This document shows, in pieces, positions 13,319 to 27,074 of a DNA stretch of 64,000 nt. This DNA comes from Camelus ferus (taxonomy: Eukaryota). Position 1 is the stretch's first letter, and the number at the start of each line of letters is the position of its first letter. Under the pieces are notes generated by a model. That model saw nothing but the letters and a program-made list of their open reading frames with translations, did not search any database and was not told where the DNA came from. A program made the translations under genes and the position numbers. The DNA lies in assembly GCF_009834535.1 (NCBI RefSeq), contig NC_045696.1, positions 54,872,001 to 54,936,000 on the forward strand, written 5' to 3'.

Positions 13319-16300
13319 GAAGTTTGGTGGGGGGGGGTCCAAGATTTTGGTGTAGGAGGACTATGAACTCATCTCCTCCTGTGGACATACTAATTCTACA
13401 CCTACATATAGAGGAATTCCTCCTGAGGAAGACCTGAGGGCTGATTGAAAAGCTTCTGCATAGCAAATGACAGACCAACCACAGAGATATGGTAGGAGAG
13501 AAAGAGACACAGTATCCATGGGAACACCACCTCCAACACAACAACCTACAGTAGGGTATCACTGAGGGATATTACTCATTCAGATTTGCCCACCCTGGAG
13601 CATATTGAAAAAATAGCAGTTTAAAGGGCTTTATAGACTTTATAAGAAGGAAATCCATTTACTAACTCTAGAGTATCTGCTAAATGGACTAAGAAATGCT
13701 AGAACTCCCTCTGAGTTGGAAGGACCAGAGAGTTTTTTGCCTTTCCCCTCCACCTTGATAGCATGAATGGAAACATGTTCCAGATGCCCTAGCTGGTCTT
13801 CTAAGGCCATTCCAGTGTGACCTATGCCCCTGGCCCACACCAGCTACAGGTGGTAGACTGATAGCTGTGCCTGCCCCAGCTCCAGCTGCCCTGCCAAGGT
13901 GGCCCAGGCATGGCACATTCTGGGAAACCCTAGCCAGTGCCCACTCTGGCTCTAGCTATCTAGTCAAGGTTGGGGGAGGGGTACAGAGCAATCTGGAATC
14001 CATGCCCACTCCTGCTCTAGATATCCCACCAGGGCAGCACCCCTGCATAGTGCCCAGTATCCTTCAAATCCTGCCTGCTTTATTTCCAGCCCTCTTGCTA
14101 GGGTGGCCCTGGTATGGTGTGTCCCAGTAGCCATACCACCAGCCTGTACCTGCTCCAGCACCAGTCATCCCACCAAAGCCACACAGCACATGCAGTATAT
14201 ACAGAGGACACTCCTACACAAAGCCATTCAAGATTGAGAGAGTTAGCTGTTATGCCTAATTAACAGGAACACAGAAGGTCAAACAAAATGAGGGGGCAGA
14301 GGAATATGTTCCAAAAGAAAGACAAGATAAAACCTATTTAAAAAAAAAACCCTAATGAAGTGGAGATAATTTATCTGACAAGGAGTTCAAAGTAATAGTC
14401 ATAAAGATGCTCAAAGAAATCAGAAGAAGAATAAAGGAACACAGTGAGAACTTCAGCAAAGAGTTAAAAAATATAAGAAATAACTGATCAGAGCTGAAAA
14501 ATACAATACTGAAATGAAAAATACACTACAGGGAATCAACAGCATAATAGTTGATATAAAAGAATGGATCAGCAATCTGGAAGACAGAACAGGAAAAATC
14601 ACCAGGACAGCATTCAGAACAGCAAAAAGAAAAAATAATTCTAAAAATTAAGGATAGTTTAAAGGCCCTCTGAAACAAAAAAGTATACTAACATTTACAT
14701 TATAGGACTCTCAGAGGAGAAGAAAAAGATAAAAGAATGGAAAACTTAGTTGAAGAAATAATGGCTGAAAACTTACCTAATCTGGGTAAAGAAATAGATA
14801 TCCAGGTCTAGGAAGCAAAGAGAGTACCAAACAAGATAAACCCAAAGAGACCCACACCAAGACATATCATAATTAAAATGGTAAAAGTTAAAGATTAAGA
14901 GAGAATGTTAAAGGCAGCAAGAGAAAAACAACCAGCCATATCCAAGGGAACCCTTATAAGATTATCAGCTAATTTTTTAGCAGAAATTTTGCAGGCCAGA
15001 TGGGAGTGGCAGGATATATTTAAAGTGCTACAAGAAAAATACTTAAAACCAAGAATACTGTTTCCCCTGAAAATTATCATTCAGAATTGAGAGAGATAAA
15101 GAGATTCTCAGACAAGTAAAAACTAAAGAAGATCATTACATTTCAACTGGTCTTAGAAAAATTGTTAAAAGGTTTTCTTTAAGTTTAGAAAATAGGTCAT
15201 AAAAATATTAAATATATGAAAGAAAAAGAATCTCACTGGTAAAGGCAAATATATAGTAAAGGCAGGGGATCAGCAATTTATAAAGCTAGTACAAAGGTTA
15301 AAAGATAATAGTAAAATCAACTATAACTAAAATAAGTAGTTGAGAGATACATAAAATAAAAATATATAAAATATAATGTAAAAAATAAAAACATCCATGG
15401 AGGGGATGTAGTGCTTTTCAAACTCATGCAACTATATCAGCTTAAAATAAACTACTGTATATATAGGTGAATATTTATGACTCTCATGGTAACCACAAGT
15501 CAAAAACCTACATATTACATACAAATATAAAGAGAAAGGAACTCAAACATAAAAGAAACTAATGTAAAGTATTAAACCACAAAGGAAGGGAACAAGAAGG
15601 AAGAATGAAGAAGGACTACTAAACAACCAGAAAACAAGTAACAAAATGACAATAAGAACATACCTATCAATAATAACTTTAAATGTAAATGGACTAAATG
15701 CTCCAATCAAAAGACATAGGGTGGCTGAGTGGATTAAAAAACAGGATCTATATGCTGCCTACAAGACTCACTTTGTACCTAAAAACACACACAGACTGAA
15801 AGTGAAGGAATGGAAAAAAGATATTGCATTTAAGTAAATGAAAATGGAAAAAAGCTGCAGTAGCAATACTTAGACAAAAATAGACTTTAAAGTAAAGATT
15901 ATAACAAAAGACAAAGAAGGACATTACAAAATGATAAAGGGGTCAATAAAATAAGAAGATATAACATCCATAAACATATGCACCTAACATAGGGGCAACT
16001 AAGTATATATAATGCAAACTTTAACAGACATAATAGAAGAGAAATTGACAGTAATACAATAATAGTAAGGGACTTTAATAACCCACTTACATCAAAGGAC
16101 AGATCAAACAGACAAAAAATCAATAGGAAAACACTGGCCTTAAATGACACATTAGACAGATTCACTTAATAGACATATAAAAAACATTTCATTCATAAAC
16201 TTCAGAGTACACATTTTTTTCAAGTTTCCATGGTATTTTCTCCAGGATAGATCACATGCTAGGCCACAAAACAAATCTCAATACATTTAAGAAGATTAAG

Positions 16301-18223
16301 GCCATATCAAGTACTTTTTTTGACCAAAATAATATGAAATGAAAAATCAATTACAAGAAGAAAACTGGAAAAAATACAAACATATGGAGACAAAACAACA
16401 CATATTACACACTACTATCAAACTATCAGAAAAATAAATTAAGAAATCAATCTCATTTTTAAGTACATTAAAAAGAATAAAATAACAAGGAATGAAGTTA
16501 ACCAAGGAAGTGAAAGATCTGTACCCTGAAAACTATGACACTGATGAAAGAAATGGAAGATGATATAAATAAATGGAAACATATACCATGCTCATGGATT
16601 GGAAGAATTAATATTATTAAAGTGTCCATACTAACAAAAGTAATCTACAGATTCAACATAATCTTTATCAAAATACTCATGGTATTTTTTTTTAGAAATA
16701 GAACAAATAATACTAAAACTTGTACGGAACCAAAAAAGACCCCAAATAGCAAAGCAATCCTGAGAAAGGAGAACAAAGTTGGAGGTATCACTCACCTTTA
16801 CTATAAATTATACTACAAAACTATAGTATATATGACAAAGGAGGAAAGAATATACAATAGAGAAAAGACAGTTTCTTCAATAAATGGTGTTGGGAAAACT
16901 GAACAACTACATGCAAAAGAATAAAACTGGACCACTCTCTTATACTCTATACAATAATAAACTCAAAGTAGAGTGAAGACTTAGATGTAAGATCTAAAAC
17001 CATAAAATTCCTAAAAGAAAACAAAGGCAGTACACTCTTTCATGTCAGTCTTAGCAATATTTTTTCTGTAATTGCCTCCTTAGGGCAGCAAAAGCAACAG
17101 TAAACAAGTGGGGCTACATCAAACCAAAAAACTTTTGCACAGTGAATGAAGCCATAAACAAAACAAAAAGGCAAGCTACTGAATGGGAAAAGATATTTGA
17201 GAAACATATGTCCAATAAGGGGTTAATGTCCAAAACATATGAAGAACTCACAAAACTCAGTATCAAAAAATAATAATTTGATTAAAAAATGGGCAGAGGA
17301 CCTGAATAAACACTTTTTCAAAGAAGACACACAGATGGCCAACAGACACATGAAAAGGTGCTCCACATCACTCATTATCAGGGAAGTCAGAGTTAAAACC
17401 ACAATGAGATATCACCTTACTTCTGTCAGACTATTATAAAAAATACAAGAAATAACAAGTATTGAAAAGGGTGTGAAACAAAGGAAACACATGTGTACTG
17501 TTGGTGGTATAGCCACTATGGAAAACAGTATGGAGGTTCCTCAAAAAATTAAAAATAGAACTACCCCAGCAATCCAGCATTTCCACTTTTTGGTATTTAT
17601 CTGAAGAAAACAAAGCCACTAGTTCAAAGAGATACATGCACCCAGTGCACTCCAACTTCCACTGCAAACTATTTGCAAGAGATAAGATATGAAAGCCACC
17701 TAAGTGTCTATTAATAGATGAAGGGATAAAGAAGATGTGGTATCTATATACAATGGAATATTACTCAATCGTGAAAAAGAATTAAATTTTGCCATTTGCA
17801 ACAACATGGATAGTAGTATCCCAGAAAGTATTATGCTACATGAAGTAAGTCAGAGAAAGAATTCACTTACACGTGGAATCTTAAAAAACAAAGCAAATGA
17901 ACAATCACATTGTAATGAAACAAAAACAGACTCATAGATGCAGAGAACATCTATGGTGGTTGCCATAGGGGAGAGAGGTGAGAGATGAGTGACATAGGGG
18001 AGGAAATTAAGCAGTACACTCATAAAATAAAGTAATGGGGATGTAATGTACCACATAGGGAATATAGACAATAATATTGTAACAATACTGTTTGGTGACA
18101 GATATTAACTAGACTTATTGTGGTGATCATTTCATAATGTATAAAAATATGGAATCGCTATAAGGTACACCTGAAACTAATATAATTTTGCAAGTCTATC
18201 ATAGTTCAATAAGAAACAAACTA
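13319..18223 (+). mobile_element. L1MA9/L1M3-age LINE-1 with 5'UTR, ORF1, internally deleted ORF2 and 3'UTR
   Basis: G-rich 5' start; ORF1 from ~14288 (LKAAREK..., ARWEWQDIFKVL); ORF2 from 15646 (MTIRTYLSIITLNVNGLNAPIKRHRVAEWI), [52 protein letters not shown] (13303-13318) / AATTTGGCAGAAGGGA (18224-18239). Confidence 0.92.
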
Positions 18224-18239
18224 AATTTGGCAGAAGGGA

Positions 18240-20390
18240 TCACCACGGGGTTGGTTATCTTCATTTTGGCATTTAGCCTCAGTGCAGATAATACTCACAT
18301 CCTCAAGAAGGACAATTACAGAATGTTTAAGCCACAATATTTTATTTCTGGACTGGAAAAAGAGAAAACAGAAGTTGAGGCTACTCTAGCTATGAAAACA
18401 TGAAGTGCGTATGGAAAGCAGGAATCACAAAAAAATATAGAGCCCTGGAGTCATATTTTGTTCACAAACTGTAGAAATCTTTAGCTAAGTGTCAAATTAC
18501 ATACACATACAAGACAAACAGCAGAGTGTAAGAAACCCAGTTAATGGAAGAAAAAAATTTAAAACAACTGAGATGAGTTTTCACCCAAAATCAATTGTAT
18601 GTTTCAGTCTAACCAAGTTAACTGTCAGTTAAAACAAAAATACACATTCTCTTCTCAGTTATATAACAGAACCCTAGTTTCCATAATGTGACATTCACAA
18701 CATCCATGATAGAATCCAAACTAGAAATATTAAGCAACAAAATGTAAATGTAATTTTAAGAAGGAAAAGCAATCGATAATGGCCAATACTGAAGTAACCC
18801 AATGTTACAACTTGTAGTCAAGAACTTCAGAGTAGCTCTCAACCATATTCATTGAGATATAGGAAAATACAGTCATAACAAATAAAAAGATAGGAAAACC
18901 CAATTGAGAATTTTTTTTAAATATGCAAAAGAAAAATTGAAAATTCTATCACTGAAAAACATAATTTTTCATGTAAGTCCACTGGATAGACTTAAGAATA
19001 GACTGAAAATTAAGAGGAAAAAAGTCAGCTGAAGTTGAAAACAGATCAATAAATCAAAATAAATAGATTACAGTGAAAGAAAGACAACAAAGCAGAAAAA
19101 ATATTTGAGAATGTCAAAATGTTTCCAGTTTGATAAAAGATATAAATTTATAATTTTAAGAACCTCAGAAAGCCTCAAGTCCCATAAAGATGTATAAAAC
19201 CATACTTATGCATATAGTTAACTTGTTGATACCAAAGATAAAGAGAACATCTTGAAAACAGCAGGGGAATATGGCACATTTTATTCAGGAGGAAACCAAT
19301 TTACATAAGTGTTAATGTCTCATCAGAAAATACAGAGGCCAGAGACAAAGGGATTACATTCTCCAAAATCAATGTACTGCAATTTCAAATAATTGAAAAA
19401 TAAGAGAATTTGTCAAACATTTATTACCAGAAATGTTTAGTGAAATTGCTCAAGCTGAATAAAAATAATTCCCAATAGAAATTCAGATATTCAGGAAGAA
19501 ATAAAGAGCACTGGAAATGGTAAATACACATGAACTCAAAAGATGTTTTTTTTTTCTTTTCATTTGCTTAAAATATATATAGACTATTTAAAGCAAAAGA
19601 CATACTACGTTGTGTACTTTATAATGCATGTATATATATGTATGACAAAGAAGGTTGGCGGATGGGGTCAATAGGCCTATGAGGTCCCCAGGCTTCTACA
19701 TTTTATATGAAATAGAACAATACCACAAAAAGTAGACTATAAAATGTTAAAGATACATGTTTAATTCACAGAGCAACTACCAGAAGATATTCAGAAATAT
19801 AGCTAAAAAGCCAATAGATAAATTAAAATGGATTTAAATATATTCAAATAACCCAAAAGAATGTAGAAAAAGAAATGAACAAAAATAAATAAAAGCTAAA
19901 TCAAAATATGTAATTAATTAATTAAAATGTTAATAGGTAAAATACTCTCATAAGGAGGAAGAAATTATAATAATTGACAAGAAAGTATATTCTACTACCA
20001 CAATGATGGTAAGTGTGAAATAGACAGCAATAAGATTCTAAGGCAATCCCATCAGAAATTGAATGACATACATTTAAATAATCCACAGGTCAAAGAATAA
20101 GTCACAGGTAAATTAGAAAAGAGTCCAAACCGAATGGTAATGAAATTACAGCATACCAAAACTTGTGGGATACAGCTAAAGGAGTTCTTACAGGGAAATG
20201 TATTTACCTTTCATAATTATATTAGGAAAGAGAAAAGTAGAAAGTCAATGACCTAAGTTTTCAGTGAACTTAAAAAGCTAGAAAACTAGTGCAAAGTAAT
20301 ATACTAATGTAAGTAAGGCAGTAAGGAGGACAATAATAAAGATAAAACAAGAAATTGACAAAAGAAAAAAGAATGAAAAATATTAATAAA
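18240..20390 (+). mobile_element. Older L1M 5'UTR/ORF1/ORF2 remnant whose first part lies at ~13150-13318
   Basis: ORF1-like AAAGATAAAGAGAACATCTTGAAAACAGCAGGG; ORF2-like CATACCAAAACTTGTGGGATACAGCTAAAG; split by the TSD-flanked L1. Confidence 0.7.
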
Positions 20391-20862
20391 TTCTGTCTTC
20401 CCTGCTGTCTCTGCAGCTAATATCTCTATCAAATTCCTTCATTCTTTCACATGTTGTTTTTCCCTTTGGCTACTTGGAGATTCCACCCCTGTGAGTACTT
20501 TTGAGAAATCAGCCAAAGATTTGAGTATGGTTTGTATCAATATTGGGAGCTCTCCTGTGGTTCTCTACTTTGTGGAATTTTATTTCCTTCCATTTTTCAT
20601 GGCATCTCTGAATTCCTCAGATCAAGAGGATTCTGGTTTTCTGCTTGACCTTTATCTGCCAGCACACTGTATTAACTGGATAGAAGTACCCTCAGAGCAA
20701 AGTTGTTGAAATGCAGAACTTCCTCTGGTGGTTCTCTTCGTTTAAGAGTCCAATTGCTCTAGTATTTCTCTATTTGTGGTTGCTCTCCAGTGTCTTGAAG
20801 CAATTTTCCAAAGTTCATCATTGTTTTCAGCAGGAGAGTTACTCTGATTCAAGATCTTCTGC
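20391..20862 (-). mobile_element. Ancient L1M 5'-end fragment, possibly the 5' end of the minus-strand host L1
   Basis: Motifs AATCAGCCAAAGATTTGAG and TGGTTGCTCTCCAGTGTCTTGAAGCA typical of antisense L1MD/ME 5' ends. Confidence 0.6.
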
Positions 20863-20911
20863 TTAAAATCCTCTATATAATTTTTATGTTCAGACAAACC
20901 AGTATCTTAGA

Positions 20912-21066
20912 TAAGTACTTCTCAAATTTTAATGCACAGATGATTCACCTGGGAACTATGCTAAAATGCAGGTTCTGATTCAGTAGGTCTAGGGTGGAGC
21001 CTGCATTTTAATTAAGTTCACAGGCAATATGGATGCTACTGTCCACAGATCTCCCTTTGAGTATTG
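20912..21066. mobile_element. MER5-family hAT-Charlie MITE
   Basis: TTCTCAAATTTTAATGCAC...TCACCTGGG...AAAATGCAGGTTCTGATTCAGTAGGTCTAGGGTGGAGCCTG. Confidence 0.85.
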
Positions 21067-21599
21067 AGGTCCTAGGCTACTGACATAGTGAAGTGTTGGC
21101 AGCAAATTTTACAGTGTGATATAACAGAATTTTAAAGTTTGAAACAATTCGGGTTAACACTCTGCTGTTAATGGAGAAGTGTTGGTTGTGATTGTAAATT
21201 CTTATTTTTCTGGACCTAGGGATCTGAACAAGTGTCAGTATTGATAAAACCTACCTCTATCTTGTTAATGCTAATGGATTAAACGGCGCCATGAGCCTGA
21301 TTATCTGTTAGCCAATTAAGATAAGCACTGAACTTGTCTTTATACTATATTTATTGTGATTGGAAATATTGATGTATTCCATGTTAAATACTGGCCAATA
21401 TATCAAGCACACGATTTTGCCCTGGGCAGATTCCAAAACCATCACTGAAAACATATTTTTAAAAGGACAGTTGCTAAGTTTTCTCAGTAAGAAAATGGAT
21501 CTGCATCTTAATGGGTGATAAAAATGAAATTTCTTCCAAGGATCTGAAAGGAAGTTATCTCCTCCATCCCTATAACATCCACTGTCAGTCACTATCATA

Positions 21600-22337
21600 G
21601 GTGACCCTTTTTAGATAACCTCTCCCTTGGTTCAACAAATCTAGCCACTAAACTGTAGATTTTATCATTTAAATAATAAACCAATCCAACTCCTACTAGC
21701 TCCATCCTTGCCATCACTTCCTGGACTTAAGAAATGAACACTTCTCTTGACTGCTATCCCTTTTTCCTTCAAGTCCATATCCAACTCTGCCACCCAAGGC
21801 ATCTGTTCAGACCCCTCCTTCAAATACCTACAGTATAACGATCAAGCTATGCAGTGTGACATCCCAGGTGCTCCATGAGCTGATCTCTACCTATGACTAG
21901 GGTTTCTTTTCCCATCAGTCCTTTCCTCTCAAATTATATTTCAGTGACAATAAACTGCTGTACTCATCCTGGTCATGCTATTTCTCCCCTTCATGTATTG
22001 AACCTCTCTGGAGTATTTTTTCCCATCCATACCAAAACCAACCATCTCCTTCCTCTGGATAAGTCTTAATTCACTTCTAGACTTAACTCAGTTGTCACCC
22101 ACCCTAGGAAGCCAACCAGATGCTTACAGATGCTTACTGCCAAGTTCCTCAGTATGCACATAAAGCCCAGTGGACATTTCTATCACCAGCATATCACATG
22201 CCAATTAATTGTTTTTATTTTGTCTCCTTCTTAGTTTATAATTTATGTCAGTCTTAATGTTATCTTTATCTTTGTATTAAGAGTCCAGCCTGGCACTAAA
22301 TCAGAGTTCAGTAATGCCTGATAAATATGTTAATGAG
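21600..22337 (+). mobile_element. L2 3' fragment
   Basis: Pyrimidine-rich L2 3' region ending CCTGGCACTAAATCAGAGTTCAGTAATGCCTGATAAAT. Confidence 0.65.
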
Positions 22338-23702
22338 AAAATCTTTCTCTTATTAATTATTTGAACAACAGGTACCAGAGTTTCTCTGGTTTTAATCTAA
22401 GAAACTGTCTTGCTCATTTGTATTAAATGCAAGGAGTGAAATGTTAGGAGCATTGTCTAGCAAGAGAAAAGAGATAATTAAACTAGTAAGGTAATAAAAA
22501 TTGGGGGGGTATAGCAGCAGAAAGAGAGAACAAGAGAAGGTTGAATAATGGGTTAGAAAGCCAGAGTCTGGAGCCTGGGGAGATGAGTAATTAGAGGGAA
22601 ATCCCTTTGGCTTGATGGTAGAAGTTTTATTTTGTTTTGGATTGGTTGGGGCGGGGGGAGGTTGGTTTTTTTGTTTTTTCTTAGCATATGTATTGTCTAC
22701 CCAATACCACCATCTTCTTCTGAAAACAGAATCCCTCTTCTTTCAGACCCTGTTTTAAACATTTAGTTCCATAGGAAGCTACCAAGTTCATTCATACTAG
22801 GCACCTTCTGTATGCCAAGGACTGTTTTGAGATGTAGTGATACAGTAACCAAGAGGAAGCGACCAAGTTCTAAATGAATCCACTACCTGCACATAGCTGA
22901 GTGTCCAAGGAAGGGAGTGTGGGATGTGATGGCTGAACCAAAGTGCTCTGCACTATTGGCCCCAGGTGAATGGTCTGGTGGACAGCTGACCTAAGCTGGA
23001 CCAATTACAGCCTCTTGGTGGTATAAGTTTTTATGAACAGACACATCAAATACACAAATAAAGTTTTTGTGATGTGATAATGTAAACTCACTACTGTAAC
23101 TCTTTTAATTAATCCCAACTCTTTTAGAAAATACTGACATATTGATACAGATTTGTTACGTGATATGAGGAAACAGTAATATAAAGCAGTAAAAGTGTGA
23201 TACAATGCCTCTCATTCATCCCTTCCCAGACATCGATATAAATGGAGCACCATTTTATCAAGGAAATGTGTAATTCAAGATCATTAGGTGATGATCAACT
23301 TGGAAGAGACTGAATGTGTCAAGGCAGATCTGGCAACAACAGGGAGGAGCAGCTTCTCAGTGATGATGGCACGAAGATTTGATACAAACCCTCCTAACCA
23401 AATATATTACAGGAAGCTTATCCTTAAATGTTGATCTCTCTTGTGTGGGTTGCATCTGTGTCCTTTACATGTGCTTGATCCCCTGGAAATCATAGGCAAT
23501 TCTCTTTCCTCCCTACTGCCAGTTGAGATTTTATTCTGTTTCCTCTTTTTCTCCTTTTACTAAGACCAAGCAACATCTCCTCACACAAAGGTAAATCTAG
23601 GGTGGGATCTCTGGTAGCAAACTTGAAACAGGGTGGGTGAGAAGTAAGAGGGTCTAGTAATATGATCATTTCTTTCATTTTCCACAGTCCTTGCCTATTT
23701 AA

Positions 23703-23729
23703 ACGCACACACGCGCGCGCGCGCGCGCA

Positions 23730-23765
<36 letters not shown>
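23703..23765. repeat. Compound (CA)n/(CG)8 microsatellite
   Basis: Alternating purine-pyrimidine tract with (CG)8 at 23712-23727. Confidence 0.97.
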
Positions 23766-23768
<3 letters not shown>

Positions 23769-24377
23769 ACTTAAATTAGGGAACACTAGTCTATTTGTAT
23801 CTGGGTCCTAACTTCACTTCTCATCTCCCTATTTAGTCCAATTCCTACAACAAAATACTCAGAAAGGCTAGTCAAGTTTCCTCACTGAAATGCGAATAAA
23901 TTCTCCATCAGTTGTTTTTTTGTTTGTTTGTTGGTTGGTTTCTTTGTGTGTGTGGATAGAAAGAGTCAGCGGGGATGTGCAGAATAGTCTTGCTGTTTAT
24001 AACCTAAATATAAGCCCTAGACAATAAACATACAACATAAAGCTCTACTACTTACACATTTCCTCATTGTTACTATTAGGAAAGTCTCTTTAAAAAAATC
24101 TCAGGATGTCTCTGTGGTTGCTTTAGGCACAGAAACTTGAACGGTAAACTTCTGCTTTCCTTCCCAGCAGAACAGAGTGAGGACAAGTTATAAAGACAAG
24201 CAGGGGTGGTCACAGAAGGGAGAGGGGGACATCCAGGTACATAGCTAAGGACAAATTAATTCCCTATAAACCACCATGGACCTTTGCAGGTCTTGGGCTT
24301 TATGAGCCTCTATGATGGAAAATCTCCAGCTTTCATGCCCACCGTCCTATTTATGTCTCTCTCTGTTCCCAGATCTT

Positions 24378-24570
24378 TGATTAACCAATATTTATTTTGC
24401 ATTTCTATTTGCTAGTTATTGTTGTTGGAACTGTGGATACCATTGTGAACTGAATACAATCTTGACCTAAAATGCTCAGTATACTAAGAGAGAGAGATAA
24501 CTAAACAAGCAATTAAATACAGTGTTATAAATACTACCACTGGGGTAAGCACGAAGTTCCCAGTGCTTCC
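24378..24570 (-). mobile_element. L2 3'-end fragment
   Basis: AACCAATATTTATTTTGC...GGATACCATTGTGAAC...AAACAAGCAATTAAATACAGTG pattern. Confidence 0.6.
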
Positions 24571-27074
24571 CTGCCCACCAGCCCCTTCCACAGATTGGAA
24601 ATTTTGAAACAAGAGCCAGACTCAGGTGAATTTGTATTTGAGAAGCACCTGGCAGAGTTTTCCAGGAAAAATTGTTGATTTTCATTCTGTTAGTATATTT
24701 ATTGCAGTCACAAACTCGACTTATAATTTCTTCTTGGTAGACTCCTCTGATTATACTACCCACCAAATAGATGATCAGGAAAAAGGAGTGAGTCATTTCC
24801 ATTGCATTGTGGATGAGAAGTGTTCCCGCCACCTTAAAATGGAAGTTAAGGAATTGTTTTTCCTCAGAAAACATTTTTACATATAAAGCTCAGTTTTGTA
24901 GTTATATTTCAGATAAATCAAAGGTTAAAGATGATTTTATATACTGGTTTTGGAACTAAAGCACCACCATGACATAAAGAAAAGATATTCTAAGCTCCAA
25001 GCAAATGGTTTACAATGCCCTTATACCATCTTGTTAGTAAGTCAGATATTCATGCATCTCAATTTTACATATTGGGGAAACTTTGACTCAAAATTATCAA
25101 GTGCCTTTAGACATTTTTAACTTCTTTATTTTAAAAAATATAATTTTAAATGGCTTATAGAAATGACTGGGGAAAATAAAATAAATGTTAAAATAAGGGA
25201 TAAGAGAAAAAATTTGTCCCATAAATTACCCAAAGCTATCTAGAGGAAGCAAGATTATTTCACAGTCCATGACTCTGTCTATCCTCATGGTGAGAGCACT
25301 TAAGTCCCTGAAGCTCTTGTTCATGTTGATGAGAAAGTTAAGCCCTTAGAATCTGAGTGTAAAATAAGAGAGGGAAGAGAGCATAAGGTATCCTAAGAGA
25401 CCAGATAATTTTTTAAACTCTCATAAAATCATGGACCCTTACAAAAGATTGCTCATGTTAATTCCAATGAAAATTAACCAATTCTTTTTCAAACTATTTC
25501 TCAGCCAGGGTCATAATGAACTAATGGCAAAGATTTGCTTCATTTTCCTTCTTTACACTCTGACATAGAAATAGAGATTCTTCTCAAGGTGACAGAGATA
25601 ACTCAATTTGTCTTGCATGGAATTCAAAGTAAAGACATATCTGCAAGGTTAAAATTCATGGCTCATGGTCAGCTACTCTTAGTAATGAGGTCATCCATCC
25701 AGCTAAGGGATCTGAATTTGCATTGACCCTCCATTTCTGAGCATGAGCTGCTGTTACCCTTATTTTTACTTATTTATTTTTCATTGTGTTTTATTTGGCT
25801 TACTTGAGGGAAAAAAAATTGATTAAAATGTGGAAGAAATTTGGGAAGAATGAAGCACTGGGGTACATCCCACTGTACTCCACTGTTGATGCTGTAAAGA
25901 AATACCTCCCTAGGCTCCGAGTTCTTTGAGAGATTGAATCATTCAGAAGTAACTCAGAAGAAATAATCTCTGAAGGCATGCTGAAAATAATGCTGTTTTT
26001 CTGGTTTTGCCTACTCAGAACACTAGAATCTCTTCTCTGAATATCAAGTATGGTCCAGATATTTATATATAGAAACAGTACGTTTTTTTTTTAAACTCAC
26101 AGCTTTAGGGAGACAAGAGATTTGTTGAAAATGCCTGAACCCATAACTGAACAGAGAACTATGCAGTTGCTTACAAACATAAAAAATAAGAGTGGGTAAT
26201 GCTTTCTGATGGTGGTTTCCATTCTCTGCATTAGGAAACTGGGAATGACCTTTAAGTAGAAGAGCTAAACGAATAGTATGGTCCAGCCAGAATGCTCTCC
26301 AGTGTGACAGACTGAAGTGGTTCATTCCTTAATTAGGAGCTCCAGTTACCAGTTATCTCTTCTATACTTAAAACATAAAATTCGAAGGCTAAATATTTCC
26401 TAAGTTATTTTACAGAAGTCTTTGTTCCACTTCAGTATGCTCTGCAAAAGACAGGACGGGAGGGAAATGCTGCCTGCTCCCATGTAAACTGAAAAAATTG
26501 CATCTGTGTTCTCTTTTGCCATAATAGGCATTTTTTGTATGTGATCTGTGGTGATAAGAATGTATATTTTATATGCACTTGAGAGGAAAAGTCCCTTCTG
26601 CTTGGAGTCATCGATTTAAAATTTATGCTGCAATATGTATGTAATTAGTAGCATTATTTGCCATCCCCCTGGCAGCAGCAGCTCAGGGAGGAGCTGGGCA
26701 CATTTACTGTGTATTGTAGCAAGCCCTCGTAGAAGGTTGCAGAAAGATGGAAAAAGCATTCTGTAGCAGTAGATGGGAATCAAGAGGAATGTCAAATGTT
26801 CAGAGATCATTAGAATATGATGCGGACGTGAAAGAGAAAGACAAGAAATCTTGGCGTCTCAAGGTTCTTCTCCAAAGAGTTAGATGTAATCCTTCTAAAG
26901 AACCTACATTTTTGTCACATTCCATAGAACATATGAGAAAACACAGGTATTGTAAATAAGTATTGTAAATCCTTCTACTGATTCTAAGAATCAGAGATGT
27001 GTTGTGGTGGTAGTTAGCGATACTCTGCTTTAACAGAACAAATTTGTTTAGTGGTGATCTATTTTTGTTGCTTT

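Noticed and set aside
14905..17439. ORFs with recognisable protein motifs (14905, 15646, 16535, 17239)
   Set aside because: These are frameshifted fragments of L1 ORF1/ORF2, not host genes or an active element.
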